Shown piece by piece: positions 44,168-54,126 of a DNA stretch of 64,000 nucleotides. The stretch comes from a bacterium. GTDB lineage: Bacteria; Chloroflexota; Dormibacteria; Aeolococcales; Bog-877. Made by a program: the position numbers and the translations under genes. Position 1 is the stretch's first letter; each line of letters begins with the position of its first letter. The notes below the pieces were generated by a model that saw only the letters and a program-made list of their open reading frames with translations, ran no database searches and had not been told where the DNA came from. Location of the stretch: positions 5 to 64,004 of the forward strand of contig JAKAXE010000005.1 in assembly GCA_021816695.1 (NCBI GenBank), given 5' to 3'.

Positions 44168-45215
44168 ACCTCCGCAATCCGGGGCCGTATGGCGTTCCAG
44201 GAGTACCTGTCACGCACCGCCTCGAGTCCCTGGGCCGAGAGCTCCCGCCAGTGAGCGCCATCCAGCAGCAAGGATTCCACCGCCTTGCGCATAGCGCCCT
44301 GGTCACCCGGGGCGACCAGCATCGCCCCCGTGTCCTCCAGATCGTGGAGCCCGGGGACGTCCATCGCCACCACCGGGGTACCACAGGCCATGGCCTCCAG
44401 GGCGGTCAGCCCCAACCCCTCATATCGGGAGGGCATCACCAGCACGTGCGCCCTCCGGTAAGCCGCACGCAGCTCGTCGTCGCTCACCCGGCCCAGCACC
44501 CTGAGCCGCCCGCCGAGCCCCTCCGCGGCGCTCACCGCGGCGTGGAAGAGCACCCCGTCCCCACACACCTCGGCCTCCAGCTCCGGGTGGTCGGTGAGAA
44601 GTCGGCGGAACATGGCCACGAAGTACTGCACGCCCTTGGTCGGAACCAGCCGGCCCACGAACAGAATGGTTGACCTGGCCCCCTCCTGAGGGTCCGGGGA
44701 CAGCCACGTGGTGTCGACCCCCGCCGGAATCACCGATATCCGCCCCTTGGGCACCCCGGAGTCCGCCATCAGAGAGGCAGCGGTGGATGGCGAGACCGCG
44801 ATCACGTGCTCGGCGAAGCGGTAGCCCCGGGACTCGAGGTACCCCATGGGCATGGTGGTGATGCCCCGCCCGTGGGCGGTCCGGTAGGTGTGGTGCGAGG
44901 TGTAGACAAGCGGTGCATCCGGTGGGTGGCGGCGAAGCAGCACCCCGCCGGGTCCACCCTGGGCGTGCCAGAGGTCGGGATGAACGGCGTCCGCCACCGA
45001 GCGCAACCTGGTGCGCAGATAGAGGGAGAAGTCCAGGGGGGGACGGCGGGTGCGATGGGGCACCTTGAGCCCCTCCCCCCAGGGGCCGCGCCGGGGCGAC
45101 ACCATCGCCACCTCCCAACCCTCCCGGGGCAGCTCGGCCTCCAGGGAACCCACGTACCTTCCCTGCCCCCCGATCGGGGGCACGTCATCGAAGGTGAGCA
45201 CCGCCACCCTAGGAC

Positions 45216-46040
45216 TCATCGCTGGCACCAGCGGCAGTAAACCGTGGTCCGCCCGGCGATCCTCTGGGCCGCCAGCGGCCTCCCGCAGCGCACGCAGGGG
45301 AGCCCGGCCCGGCCGTACACCATGAGGGACTCGTAGGCCTGGCCGCGGGCACCGAAGCCATCCCGGTAGTCCGAGAAGGAGGTGCCACGCCTGCGGATGG
45401 CCTCCTTCATCACCACGGTGAGAGCGGCACCGAGCCGGGCCCACTCCGGCGCGGATAGCGAGGCCGCCCTGCGGGTCGGGCGGATCCGGGCCAGGTAGAG
45501 GGCTTCATCGGCGTAGATGTTGCCGCATCCGGCAACCACCTCCTGGTCCAGGAGAACAGCCTTCACCGCCCGGCTGCTGCGGGTCACCCGCCCCTCCCCC
45601 GGCCAGCCGGCGAAGGCGCGGTCCAGCGGGTCGGGACCGAGGGACGGCAACAGCCTGGCGAACTCCAACTGGCGAGGTGGGCCGAGAAGCACCCGGCCGA
45701 AGCGCCGGGGGTCGCGGTAGCGGAGCTCCTGCCCCGATTCCAGCTGCAGGCGGAGGTGGGTGTGGGGTCGCACCGGCTCGCCCTCCTCCTCCAGGGTGAG
45801 CGTGCCCGTCATCCCCAGATGGACGACCAGGTGGTCCCCGCCGGAGACGGGGGCATGGATGAACTTCCCACGGCGGGTCAGGAGCCCGAAGACGGTGCCC
45901 TCGGCGGTGGCCCGGAACGACTCCGCCGAGGGAAACCTGAGGACCACCGGATTCAGGCTCAGGACCGCCTCCAGCCTCCGACCCCGTAGGTGGGGACGCA
46001 GGTCGCGGACGATGGTCTCGACCTCGGGTAGCTCGGGCAA
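45216..46040 (-). CDS. mutM: Formamidopyrimidine-DNA glycosylase
   Basis: Track ORF. It has the N-terminal MPELPEVETI and the C-terminal zinc finger CVRCGRPL...TVYCRWCQ. Confidence 0.93.
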   Translation of the reverse strand: MPELPEVETIVRDLRPHLRGRRLEAVLSLNPVVLRFPSAESFRATAEGTVFGLLTRRGKFIHAPVSGGDHLVVHLGMTGTLTLEEEGEPVRPHTHLRLQLESGQELRYRDPRRFGRVLLGPPRQLEFARLLPSLGPDPLDRAFAGWPGEGRVTRSSRAVKAVLLDQEVVAGCGNIYADEALYLARIRPTRRAASLSAPEWARLGAALTVVMKEAIRRRGTSFSDYRDGFGARGQAYESLMVYGRAGLPCVRCGRPLAAQRIAGRTTVYCRWCQR

Positions 46041-46049
46041 CGGAGGGCC

Positions 46050-48722
46050 TCACTGCCTGGCGAGACGCAGCGGGGCCAGGTCGCGCCAGTTGGGACCCGA
46101 CTTGAGCTCCACCACCAGCGGCACCGCCAGGTCCATCACCCCCTCCATCGCCTTCCGGGCCAGCCTGCCCACCGCGGCCACCTCATCGGGAGGCACTTCG
46201 AGGAGGAGCTCGTCATGGACTTGGAGGAGAGCCTGGGCCCGCAGCCCCTGGCTGCGGAGGGCGCGGTCCGCCTCGATCATCCCCAACTTCATGAGGTCCG
46301 CCGCCGATCCCTGGAGCGGCATGTTGATCGCCATCCGCTCGTTCGCCTCCCTAACCTGGCGATTGCTGGAGGTGATCTCCGGCAGATAGCGCCGCCGCCC
46401 CAGGATGGTCGAGACATATCCCTTGGCCCGCGCCTCCTCCCGCACCCCCTCCAGGTAGCTACCCACACTGGCGTAGGTGGTGAAGTAGCGGGTGATGAAC
46501 TCCTCAGCGTCGGCCGGAGGCATCCCCAGGTCTCGCGCCAGCCCGTAGCTGGAGAGGCCGTAGAGCACCCCGAAGTTGACCACCTTGGCCATGCGGCGCT
46601 GGTCCGGGGTGACCTGCTCCCGCTCCACCCCGAACACCCGGGCTGCGGTGTCGGCGTGGATGTCGTCGCCTCGACCGAACGCCGCCAATAGCTCGGGGTC
46701 ACGACTAAGGTGGGCGAGGAGCCTCAGCTCGATCTGGGAGTAGTCGGCCGAGACCAGCTCCCACCCCTCCTCCCCGGGGATGAAGGCGGCCCGGATGCGG
46801 CGCCCCAGCTCGGTGCGCACGGGGATGTTCTGGAGGTTGGGGTCGCTTGAGGAAAGGCGACCGGTAGCGGCGACCGCCTGGTTGAAGCTGGTGTGCACCC
46901 GGCCATCCTCCGGATCCACGAGGGCGGGTAGCTGGTCTACGTAGGTGCTCTTCAGCTTGGTCACCTGGCGCCACTCCAGGACCAGGGGAACCAGCGGATG
47001 CTCGTCCCGAAGCCCCTCCAGGGCGTGGGCGTCGGTGGAGCGCCCCGTCTTGGTGCGGCGGGAACTGCGCAGCCCCAGCTCGTCGTAGAGGATCGTGGCC
47101 AACTGCTGGGGTGACCCGGGCAGGAACTCACGGCCCGCCAACCGGAACATCTCCGCCTCGAGACCGGCGATCTGCGTCCGGAGCTCCAACGAGAGGGCCT
47201 CCAGCTGGCCCGAGTCCAGCCGCACCCCGGCGCGCTCCATCCCGGCGAGAACAGTCGCGACCGGCAGCTCCACCTTGCGCAGCAGGTCCTCCCCACCCGT
47301 CTCCCTGAGCTTGGAGCGCAGCCCGGGCACGACCGAGGCCACGCAGGCAGCCTCCGCTGCCAGCGTCTCTGGGGTGGACGGAGGCTCCGGCGCTGTGAGC
47401 CCTCCATGCTCCCGGGCCAGGGTGGACAGACTGGGGGTGCGGCCCCGGGAGTCACTCAGATAACCGGCCAGGACCAGGTCGAAGTCCACGCCGCGCAGGC
47501 TCCAGCCGGCCCCCTCCAGCGCCAGCAGATCCTCCTTGAAGTTGTAGCTGGCCTTGGCCGCTCCGGGGTCCGCCAGCAACAGCCGCAACGGCTCCAGGCC
47601 ATCCGCATCCGTTCCGTTGAAAGGCACGAGGTATCCCCGGGCAGGTTCGGCAGCGAGGGCCAGGGCAACCACCCGCCCGTGCCTTGGAGGGCCGTCGGCG
47701 AGGACCCGGATGGCGATCTCCGCCCCGCTTCCCGCAAGCTGGCCGGCAACCTCCTGCAGCCGGTCCCGCCCCTCCACCACCTCGGACTCGACCGCCTTCG
47801 AGACCTCCGCGGCGGTGCCCGTCGCTCCGGCCGACGCCGGCAGTCGGGCCACCAGACTGGGCATGCCCAGCTCCTCCAGCAGCTGCCGCGCCGCGCCGCG
47901 GTCATACTCGCTGAGGCGGCAGCGGGTCAGGTCCAAATGGACTCCGGGGACGTCCCTGACTATGGTCACCATCTCCCGCCCGAAGAGGGCTTCCTCCCGG
48001 TTGTTCTCCAGGGTGGTACGCACCCTCCCGGGGGGCATGGTGGCAACTGCGGACAGGATCTGGTCCAGGTCGCCTAACTGCTGGATGAGCTGGGTGGCGG
48101 TCTTCTCCCCGATGCCCGGGACCCCGGGGATGTTGTCACTGGCATCACCTCGGAGGGCCTTGAAGTCCACCATCCGTTCCGGGGGAAAGCCGTATCGCGC
48201 CTTGACCGCCTCGGGGTCGTAGACCACCGGGTCGCTGGCCCCACGCCGACTGGTCTGCACGCTGGTGACTTCGTCCACGAGCTGGATCAAGTCCATGTCG
48301 CCGGTCAGGATGGTCGTCCGGCAACCGAGGTCACGGGCCTGGCGGGCCAGGGTGCCCAGGACGTCGTCCGCCTCGAATCCGGGCACCACCTCAGTGGGGA
48401 TGTTGAGGGCGTTGGTGATCTGGCCGAGCACGGGGATCTGGTCGATCAGCTCCTGGGGGGTGGGGGCGCGGTGGGCCTTGTAGGTGGCCAGCTTCTGGTC
48501 GCGGAAGGTGGGACCGGGCGGGTCGAAGGCGGCCACCGCGCAGTCATAGCCCTGGCTCAGGGCGAGGAGGAGCATGGAGGTGTAGCCGTAGGCCACTCGT
48601 ATCGGCACCCCGTGGCTGTTGGTCATCTCGGGGAGCGCGTGATAGGCGCGGAAGGCCAGCCCGTGGCCATCGATGAGCAGAAGGCGCGTGGGCGGCGCTC
48701 CGGTATCGGCCATGCCCGCCAT
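46050..48722 (-). CDS. polA: DNA polymerase I
   Basis: Track ORF of 890 aa. It has a 5'-nuclease domain (LLLIDGHGLAFRAYHAL) and polymerase motifs (DYSQIELRLLAHLS, RRMAKVVNFGVLYG, LQVHDELLLE). Confidence 0.96.
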   Translation of the reverse strand: MAGMADTGAPPTRLLLIDGHGLAFRAYHALPEMTNSHGVPIRVAYGYTSMLLLALSQGYDCAVAAFDPPGPTFRDQKLATYKAHRAPTPQELIDQIPVLGQITNALNIPTEVVPGFEADDVLGTLARQARDLGCRTTILTGDMDLIQLVDEVTSVQTSRRGASDPVVYDPEAVKARYGFPPERMVDFKALRGDASDNIPGVPGIGEKTATQLIQQLGDLDQILSAVATMPPGRVRTTLENNREEALFGREMVTIVRDVPGVHLDLTRCRLSEYDRGAARQLLEELGMPSLVARLPASAGATGTAAEVSKAVESEVVEGRDRLQEVAGQLAGSGAEIAIRVLADGPPRHGRVVALALAAEPARGYLVPFNGTDADGLEPLRLLLADPGAAKASYNFKEDLLALEGAGWSLRGVDFDLVLAGYLSDSRGRTPSLSTLAREHGGLTAPEPPSTPETLAAEAACVASVVPGLRSKLRETGGEDLLRKVELPVATVLAGMERAGVRLDSGQLEALSLELRTQIAGLEAEMFRLAGREFLPGSPQQLATILYDELGLRSSRRTKTGRSTDAHALEGLRDEHPLVPLVLEWRQVTKLKSTYVDQLPALVDPEDGRVHTSFNQAVAATGRLSSSDPNLQNIPVRTELGRRIRAAFIPGEEGWELVSADYSQIELRLLAHLSRDPELLAAFGRGDDIHADTAARVFGVEREQVTPDQRRMAKVVNFGVLYGLSSYGLARDLGMPPADAEEFITRYFTTYASVGSYLEGVREEARAKGYVSTILGRRRYLPEITSSNRQVREANERMAINMPLQGSAADLMKLGMIEADRALRSQGLRAQALLQVHDELLLEVPPDEVAAVGRLARKAMEGVMDLAVPLVVELKSGPNWRDLAPLRLARQ

Positions 48723-49582
48723 TATGGGAAGGCCTGGGGTGACCCCAGGCGCCGGGCAAGGTACAGCCGGGACTCCCAGGTCACGCGGTAGCTCCCCCCG
48801 GCGGAATCGATCTCCTCCTCGATCGCGGCCAGCAATTGGCGCCGGCGGGAGGCAGGCAGCCGTCGGTGGTCGGATTGGGTCGCCATGAGCTCCGCATAGG
48901 AGCGGGCGCCATAGCGGACCTCAAACCCGAAGCGCTCCAATCGGGGCTGCTGGAAGAGCCCCGAGGCGGCGATCTCCTCCCTGCGGTCCAGGTCCAATTC
49001 CCCGGGAGGGAGCCCGGCCAGCTCTGGGGCCAGGCGGGAGTAGACGGCGTCCAACCCGGCGCGCACCTCAGCGTCGCCCCCAGTGGATCGGTTCCAGATC
49101 AGGGCGAGCCAGCCACCGGGGGCGAGAACGCCGGCGGCCTTGCGATACCGGACCTCCGGGTCTACCCAGTGCCAAGCCTGAGCCGAGATCACCGCGGCGA
49201 AGTCCACACGGTCCGGCACCCAGCCCTCGAAGGAGGATGTCACAACCCGGAGCCGTCCGGTCTGGCCCAGTCGCACTTGGGCCACCGCTGCCATCTCTGG
49301 GCTGGGGTCAAGGCCGGTCACCAGGAGACCCCGCCGGATGAGTTCCTGGGTGGCGATCCCGGTGCCGGTACCAACCTCGAGCACGGTATCGCCGTCGCCA
49401 AGTTCGGCGAACTCCGCGAGCCGGTTGAAGAGCGCCACGGGGTAGCGCGGGCGCCGAAGGTGGTACAGGTCCGCCGCCTCCCCGAACAGCTCGAACGCCT
49501 CCCGCCCAGCCACGCCGAGTCCTCCCAGCGACTCTCCCACTCGCGCCCAGCCCCAGCCGGCGCCGGGGCTATCATGGGCCAC
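48722..49582 (-). CDS. Class I SAM-dependent methyltransferase
   Basis: Track ORF. It has motif I VLEVGTGTGIATQEL and LAPGGWLALIW. Its stop shares one base with the polA start (TAATG). Confidence 0.8.
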   Translation of the reverse strand: MAHDSPGAGWGWARVGESLGGLGVAGREAFELFGEAADLYHLRRPRYPVALFNRLAEFAELGDGDTVLEVGTGTGIATQELIRRGLLVTGLDPSPEMAAVAQVRLGQTGRLRVVTSSFEGWVPDRVDFAAVISAQAWHWVDPEVRYRKAAGVLAPGGWLALIWNRSTGGDAEVRAGLDAVYSRLAPELAGLPPGELDLDRREEIAASGLFQQPRLERFGFEVRYGARSYAELMATQSDHRRLPASRRRQLLAAIEEEIDSAGGSYRVTWESRLYLARRLGSPQAFP

Positions 49583-49649
49583 GAAGGCGGCCCTGGTCCG
49601 AGACCCGGTCCGAGGGCACCGTCTCCGACTACCTCAGCGGTGAGGAACC

Positions 49650-50141
49650 ATGGATCTGATCGAGATGGCGGTGGACAGCATCCGGATCCACATGCCCAGC
49701 GGGCAGCATGTCGTGGTCCTGAAGGAGAAGGACGCCGAGCGGTTCCTCCCCATCTGGGTGGGCAGTGCCGAGGCCAACTCCATCGCCCTCAAGATGTCCG
49801 GGATCGACCCGGAGCGGCCGGTTACTCACGACCTGATGGCCAACATGCTGGAGGCCCTCGGCGTGACCATCACCCGCGTGGTGGTGTCCGAGCTCCGCAA
49901 CGACACCTTCCACGCCCGGATCCTCGGCAGGGTGGGAGGTCGAGATCTGGAGCTCGACTCCCGGTCCAGCGACGCCATCGCCCTGGCCCTCAGGGTAAAC
50001 TCGCCAATCTACGTTTCAAGTGAGGTGATGGACCAGGCCGCGGTGGTCCCCCGGGGTGAGGACGAGGAGTCCAAGCTGGAGGTCTTCCAACAGATGGTCA
50101 ACGAGATGAACCTCCCCGACCTCGACGATCGGGAAAGCTGA
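49650..50141 (+). CDS. Bifunctional nuclease (BFN/DUF151) family protein
   Basis: Track ORF. The family pattern is VVVLKEKDAERFLPIWVGSAEANSIALKMSGIDPERPVTHDLMANMLEALGVTITRVVVSELRNDTFHARI. Confidence 0.8.
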   Translation: MDLIEMAVDSIRIHMPSGQHVVVLKEKDAERFLPIWVGSAEANSIALKMSGIDPERPVTHDLMANMLEALGVTITRVVVSELRNDTFHARILGRVGGRDLELDSRSSDAIALALRVNSPIYVSSEVMDQAAVVPRGEDEESKLEVFQQMVNEMNLPDLDDRES

Positions 50142-50160
50142 TCACCGGCCCCATCCCCGG

Positions 50161-50246
50161 GCCAGCATGGCGGAATGGCAGACGCGGCGGTCTCAAAAAC
50201 CGTTGAGCGCAAGCTCGTGTGGGTTCGACTCCCACTGCTGGCACCA
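50161..50246 (+). tRNA. tRNA-Leu (anticodon CAA), long variable arm, CCA encoded
   Basis: Folded by hand. The acceptor stem is GCCAGCA/TGCTGGC and the D arm GGCGGAATGGCAGACGCG is Leu-typical. The anticodon stem is GCGGT/ACCGT with loop CTCAAAA (anticodon CAA). A long variable arm is present (TGAGCGCAAGCTCGT). The T arm is GTGGG-TTCGACT-CCCAC, followed by ACCA. Length 86 nt. Confidence 0.9.
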
Positions 50247-50641
50247 CCAGAGCCGCCGCGGACAGACGGCGTGGCTGATGGAGATCCCTTCCGCTCGGCT
50301 GACTCGCGGACGTCGGGTTCCAGTTAGTGGGGCCAGCGCGTCGGAGCTTCGGTAAAGGAAGTGGCCTCAGGATGCCTGCGCAATTGAGAATCCTGGAGCC
50401 GACCCGTTGCCGATCGGAGTCGGCGCCCTCTCAGTGATCTTGGCTCCTCTTGGTTGACCCGCGCATCATGCCAGCCAGGTGCCAACCTAAATTGGGGGAC
50501 CGGGGACAAGTTGCTAGGCCTCCGGAGCGGCGGCTGCCGCACGAAGATGTGATTCCGCCCGGCGCCGCTGGTGGGGTCTTCGAGGACTACTGGGTAGCTG
50601 GGGTGGCAGCGAGCGCCGGGTGGTGCACCTAAGCTATCCCC

Positions 50642-51112
50642 GTGGACTTCGACTCGCCCGCCTTGCAGAGCATGCAGGCCTCGTGTCTGGACTTTCGGGT
50701 CGTTCAGACTGAGATTCCCTCTGGGCCAGAGGAGAGCGCCCAACTTCAGGGGATCGAGCTGACTCAACTCCTGCGGACCATCGTGGTGCGGCTCGGGGAG
50801 AACGACTACGTGTTCGTGCTGGTGCCGGGAGGGCGCCAGATTGACTGGCCGAAGCTCCGGGCCTTGTTGGGTACCAGGCGACTCTCGCTTCCGGACAAGG
50901 ACGAGGCCAAGCAGGTCACGGGGTACGACCGCGGGGCGATCACTCCATTTGGCGCGATGAGGGCCTGGCCAGTTGTGGCAGACGCCGCGATTGCGGCTGC
51001 CGGCCTGGTAGCGATCGGCGCCGGGGCTAGGGGTGCCAACTTCCACGTTGACGCCGGAGCACTGCTCAAGGCCCTCGACGCCAGGGTGGCCGATGTGACC
51101 AAGCCGAGCTGA
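50642..51112 (+). CDS. YbaK/ProX-type aminoacyl-tRNA trans-editing (deacylase) domain protein
   Basis: Track ORF with a GTG start. The family pattern is LLRTIVVRLGENDYVFVLVPGGRQIDWPKLRALLGTRRLSLPDKDEAKQVTGYDRGAITPFG. Confidence 0.72.
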   Translation: MDFDSPALQSMQASCLDFRVVQTEIPSGPEESAQLQGIELTQLLRTIVVRLGENDYVFVLVPGGRQIDWPKLRALLGTRRLSLPDKDEAKQVTGYDRGAITPFGAMRAWPVVADAAIAAAGLVAIGAGARGANFHVDAGALLKALDARVADVTKPS

Positions 51113-52038
51113 TCCGCCGCTTTAGGGGCAGATCAGTGGCCAGGCGCACCGTCCCCCTGCACCCGCCCGCCTGACTGCCGGCCCCGAGCCCCTTCTGCGG
51201 TTCGGGCCCCCGAGGTACGGTGAAAAACGTTCCCCACCTGGGCAGGAGAAGAAGGGATGGTGAGCCAGGGTGCCAAACTTTCCCTGACCGGGAAGACACG
51301 CTGACCCCTGGGAACACCTTCTGGAGCGGTAGTGGGCACGGCGGTTGTCGAGTGCCTGACCCGACAGTTGACCGGGCCCCGATCGCCGGGCAAGGATCGA
51401 CGTGGTGCGCCCGGCGAGAGTGGGTGCCCTCAGCATCCATTACCGGGACGGCGTGCTCAGCCTGCTCCGCCTTCGGCAGGGCCGGAGGACCTCCAGGGCA
51501 ATGGCTGTCCGGCGGATCCCCACCATCCTCTACTAAGGTCTACGGCACGGCGAGATCCGGGCCCTGGCGCGGCCGACCCGACGAGCCGGGTCATGGCTCG
51601 CGGGACCCCGATCGGTGCGTCCTTCCCTCTCCGACCTGGCCCTCCAGACCGTGGCCCTTGCGGGGGCTGAACCCACCGGCCCGTCGCCACGTTGCGCCCT
51701 GCCGCCCCGGCACGGCCCAGAGACGACGGGCCTCCCGGCACGGGGAGACTGCCTTTTCCAGATTCGGATGGGCCCCGACTCCCGGCGCGCCCGCGATCTC
51801 CACCACCTTGCTCTACCGGAGCGTCCTGTTCTCCGATTCAGGCGACCGCCGGCTCACCGCCGGATCCGCGCCCAGACGGGCCGCTGCCGCGGTCGGTCAG
51901 TTCAACGTTCCTGGCTCGCTAGGCCCTCACCCCCGCATCCACCCGGGCAAATTTGCCGGAAGTATCTGTCAACTCGTACTCCCTGTCTTGATGGCTTGGC
52001 CCCCCACCTCCAGGCGCCCGTGCGGCCACGACCAACGC

Positions 52039-52968
52039 TCAGGATGCCGTCAGCACGACCGGTATCGAGACTGTGTCAATTCGGGAGCCGTCCTTCGCGG
52101 AGAGGTCAAAAGCCGTGAGCTGCCCGAGGCCGGGGTAATTGGTTCGATATACGAAGGTGGCGTCGAAGCTGCCCCGCTGCCCTGACCCCGAAGTGGCCAT
52201 CACCGGCTCACTGAGGACCAGGTTCCCACCGGAATCGCGCAGCTCGATCCGGAACTGGGCTTCGAAGACATCAGCCGAGCCTTCCACGCGGAGCGACGTC
52301 CCCAGGGCGTCCCCGGGGGCCGGCAACTCGACGAAGATCGGCGGCAGCACTTCCTCGAAGTCGGAACGCTGCACCGGTTCGTCGAGCCGGACCGGAGCAC
52401 CGAGCAAGCGGGTCAACACCTGGCCCTGAAACTGGAACTGCACTCGACTCACGCCGGGCAGGTGGGTCAGCGTGAAGGTGACCTGGGCGAGTCTCGCCAG
52501 GGCTGAGGATGGGCTGCCGGAGTTACTGAATTCTGAGCTCAGATTGACGGTGGCGACGTGCCCAGAGACGCTGAGGCCCAGCACCTTGGTCCCCGTCGGG
52601 ATCCGGGAATCCAGCCCAGCCTGCGACTCCAGCGAGGTCGGGCCACTCAAGAGCTCACCCATCGCCGCCCGGGCGATCGCCGTGGTGGCGGCTACCTGGC
52701 GGTGAGCGGTCCCCAGGTAGCTCCCGCGCATGAAGTAGACGAGTACTGTGGTTGTCTCGCTGGATGCCGTCGGCGCCGGGCTCGGTAATGCGCTGGCGCC
52801 CGGGGATGCCGTGGCCGAAGGCGATGGCGCGGGGCGGGATGGGCTCTCACCGCAGGCGGTTGCCGCCGCCATCACCCCAACCAGGGCCGCCAAGATTGAA
52901 GCGGCGGTCCCAAGGCGGCCAAGCTTGGTCCCTCGGAAGTACCGACCCGCGTCCTCCGCCCAGTTCAT
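52039..52968 (-). CDS. GerMN-domain lipoprotein with a C-terminal Ig-like (Gmad2-type) domain
   Basis: Track ORF 52039..53757 trimmed to the ATG at 52968 (MNWAEDAGRYFRGTKLGRLGTAASILAALVGVMAAATACG; signal peptide plus lipobox). The GerMN-like segment is VLVYFMRGSYLGTAHRQV...ARAAMGELLSGPT...VNLSSEF. The start is uncertain; in-frame upstream codons exist. Confidence 0.7.
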   Translation of the reverse strand: MNWAEDAGRYFRGTKLGRLGTAASILAALVGVMAAATACGESPSRPAPSPSATASPGASALPSPAPTASSETTTVLVYFMRGSYLGTAHRQVAATTAIARAAMGELLSGPTSLESQAGLDSRIPTGTKVLGLSVSGHVATVNLSSEFSNSGSPSSALARLAQVTFTLTHLPGVSRVQFQFQGQVLTRLLGAPVRLDEPVQRSDFEEVLPPIFVELPAPGDALGTSLRVEGSADVFEAQFRIELRDSGGNLVLSEPVMATSGSGQRGSFDATFVYRTNYPGLGQLTAFDLSAKDGSRIDTVSIPVVLTAS

Positions 52969-53403
52969 CGGTCCACCCCGGCCGGGCTCACCACGCGGGG
53001 CGCCCAACGCTGCCCCGCTTGCCCCCGCCTTGCCATGGTGCTGTTCTCGCTCATGATCAGCCTCAGTGATGCTCACCGCCGATAGAGATCCATCCATTGA
53101 CTCTGGGCCGCCGAAGACATCCCCCCAACAGCGTTTTCGCGAGTCGCGGCCGCGGATCCCACGCACGCGCGCGAGGCCACCCCCAGTCCCCGGTCCTTGG
53201 GTGGCTGCCCCGCCAGCGAAGGGCTGGGCGAGGTGTTGGATGTCGGCCCTCGAGCTCCAGCGCGTAGATTCCCCCGGCTCGCTGTAGGCGCTTTCCAGGT
53301 GGCGTGAGAAGGCGCCCGCAGCGAAGCTGAACCGAGGGCGCGGGCGTCTCGGCTGGTGACGTCCGGGGCACGTGGCTGCTGGCTCCGCCCCAAGGAGACT
53401 GTG

Positions 53404-54126
53404 ATGGACACTCAGGTCGCCGTGAGTTCCTACCCTGCCTCGCTCACCGGCAGCCTCGAGCCGGGGCTGAGTCGCTGGCTGTGGCTGGTGAAATGGCTGC
53501 TGGCCATCCCCCACTTGGTGGCCCTGGCTGCTCTCTGGATCGCGGCGGGGGCACTTACCTTCCTGGCGGGGCTTGTCATCCTGGTGACGGGCCGCTACCC
53601 CAGGCCGATCTTTGACTTCAACGTCGGTGTGATGCGATGGAGTTGGCGGGTGGCCTTCTACGCCTATGCGGCGCTGGGCACGGACCGCTACCCACCCTTC
53701 AGCCTGCGGTCCGATCCCACCTACCCGGCCGACTTCGCCGTGGAGTACCCGGAGCACCTCTCACGGGGCCTAGTCTTGATCAAGTGGTGGTTGCTGGCCA
53801 TCCCTCAGTACCTGGTCGTGGTGGTCTTCACTGGGGGCTTCGAGGTGGTCCTGGGCGGACCCGGCCACATCATCACCGGGAGTGGACTCATCGCCCTTTT
53901 GGTGCTGATCTCGGCTGTGACACTGCTCCTCTCCGGAACCTACCCCCGCCCGCTTTTCGATCTTACGATGGGGCTCGACCGCTGGTGCTACCGGGTCCTG
54001 GCCTACACAGCGCTCATGACCGACCAGTACCCGCCCTTCCGGCTCGACTGCGGCGGAACTGAGTCCTCGCCGGCGGCCCAGGCGACGGCTGGTCCCGCCG
54101 GAGGAGGCCGTGCGGCACCGGCCTGA
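53404..54126 (+). CDS. DUF4389 domain membrane protein (two repeats)
   Basis: Track ORF 53356..54126 trimmed to the ATG at 53404, 5 nt after an AAGGAGA SD. The motif is repeated: WLVKWLLAIPHLVAL...TGRYPRPIFDFNVGVMRWSWRV and LIKWWLLAIPQYLVV...SGTYPRPLFDLTMGLDRWCYRV. Confidence 0.75.
   Translation: MDTQVAVSSYPASLTGSLEPGLSRWLWLVKWLLAIPHLVALAALWIAAGALTFLAGLVILVTGRYPRPIFDFNVGVMRWSWRVAFYAYAALGTDRYPPFSLRSDPTYPADFAVEYPEHLSRGLVLIKWWLLAIPQYLVVVVFTGGFEVVLGGPGHIITGSGLIALLVLISAVTLLLSGTYPRPLFDLTMGLDRWCYRVLAYTALMTDQYPPFRLDCGGTESSPAAQATAGPAGGGRAAPA

Noticed and set aside
51230-51760. Cobalamin-riboswitch-like fragments (GAAGGGATGGTGAGCC..., GTCGCCACGTTG, GGGGAGACTGCC) and a tRNA/tmRNA-like TCCACCA at 51797-51803
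   Set aside because: The GCCACTG box and B12-box consensus are not matched. The pieces are too far apart. No gene lies downstream to be regulated. The 17 nt before TCCACCA cannot form a T arm.
51220-52185. 321-aa plus-strand ORF inside the 925-bp gap
   Set aside because: It is Arg/Pro/Trp/Cys-rich with no motifs. Its 3' end is antisense to the GerMN gene. I treat it as a chance ORF.
52969-53403. c-di-AMP (ydaO-type) or other riboswitch in the 435-bp divergent region upstream of the GerMN lipoprotein gene
   Set aside because: GGGGAATC and CACCCAAGGACCGGGGA-like bits are present. The diagnostic CCGTCAGCTAACCTCGTA-type segment is absent, so the evidence is insufficient.
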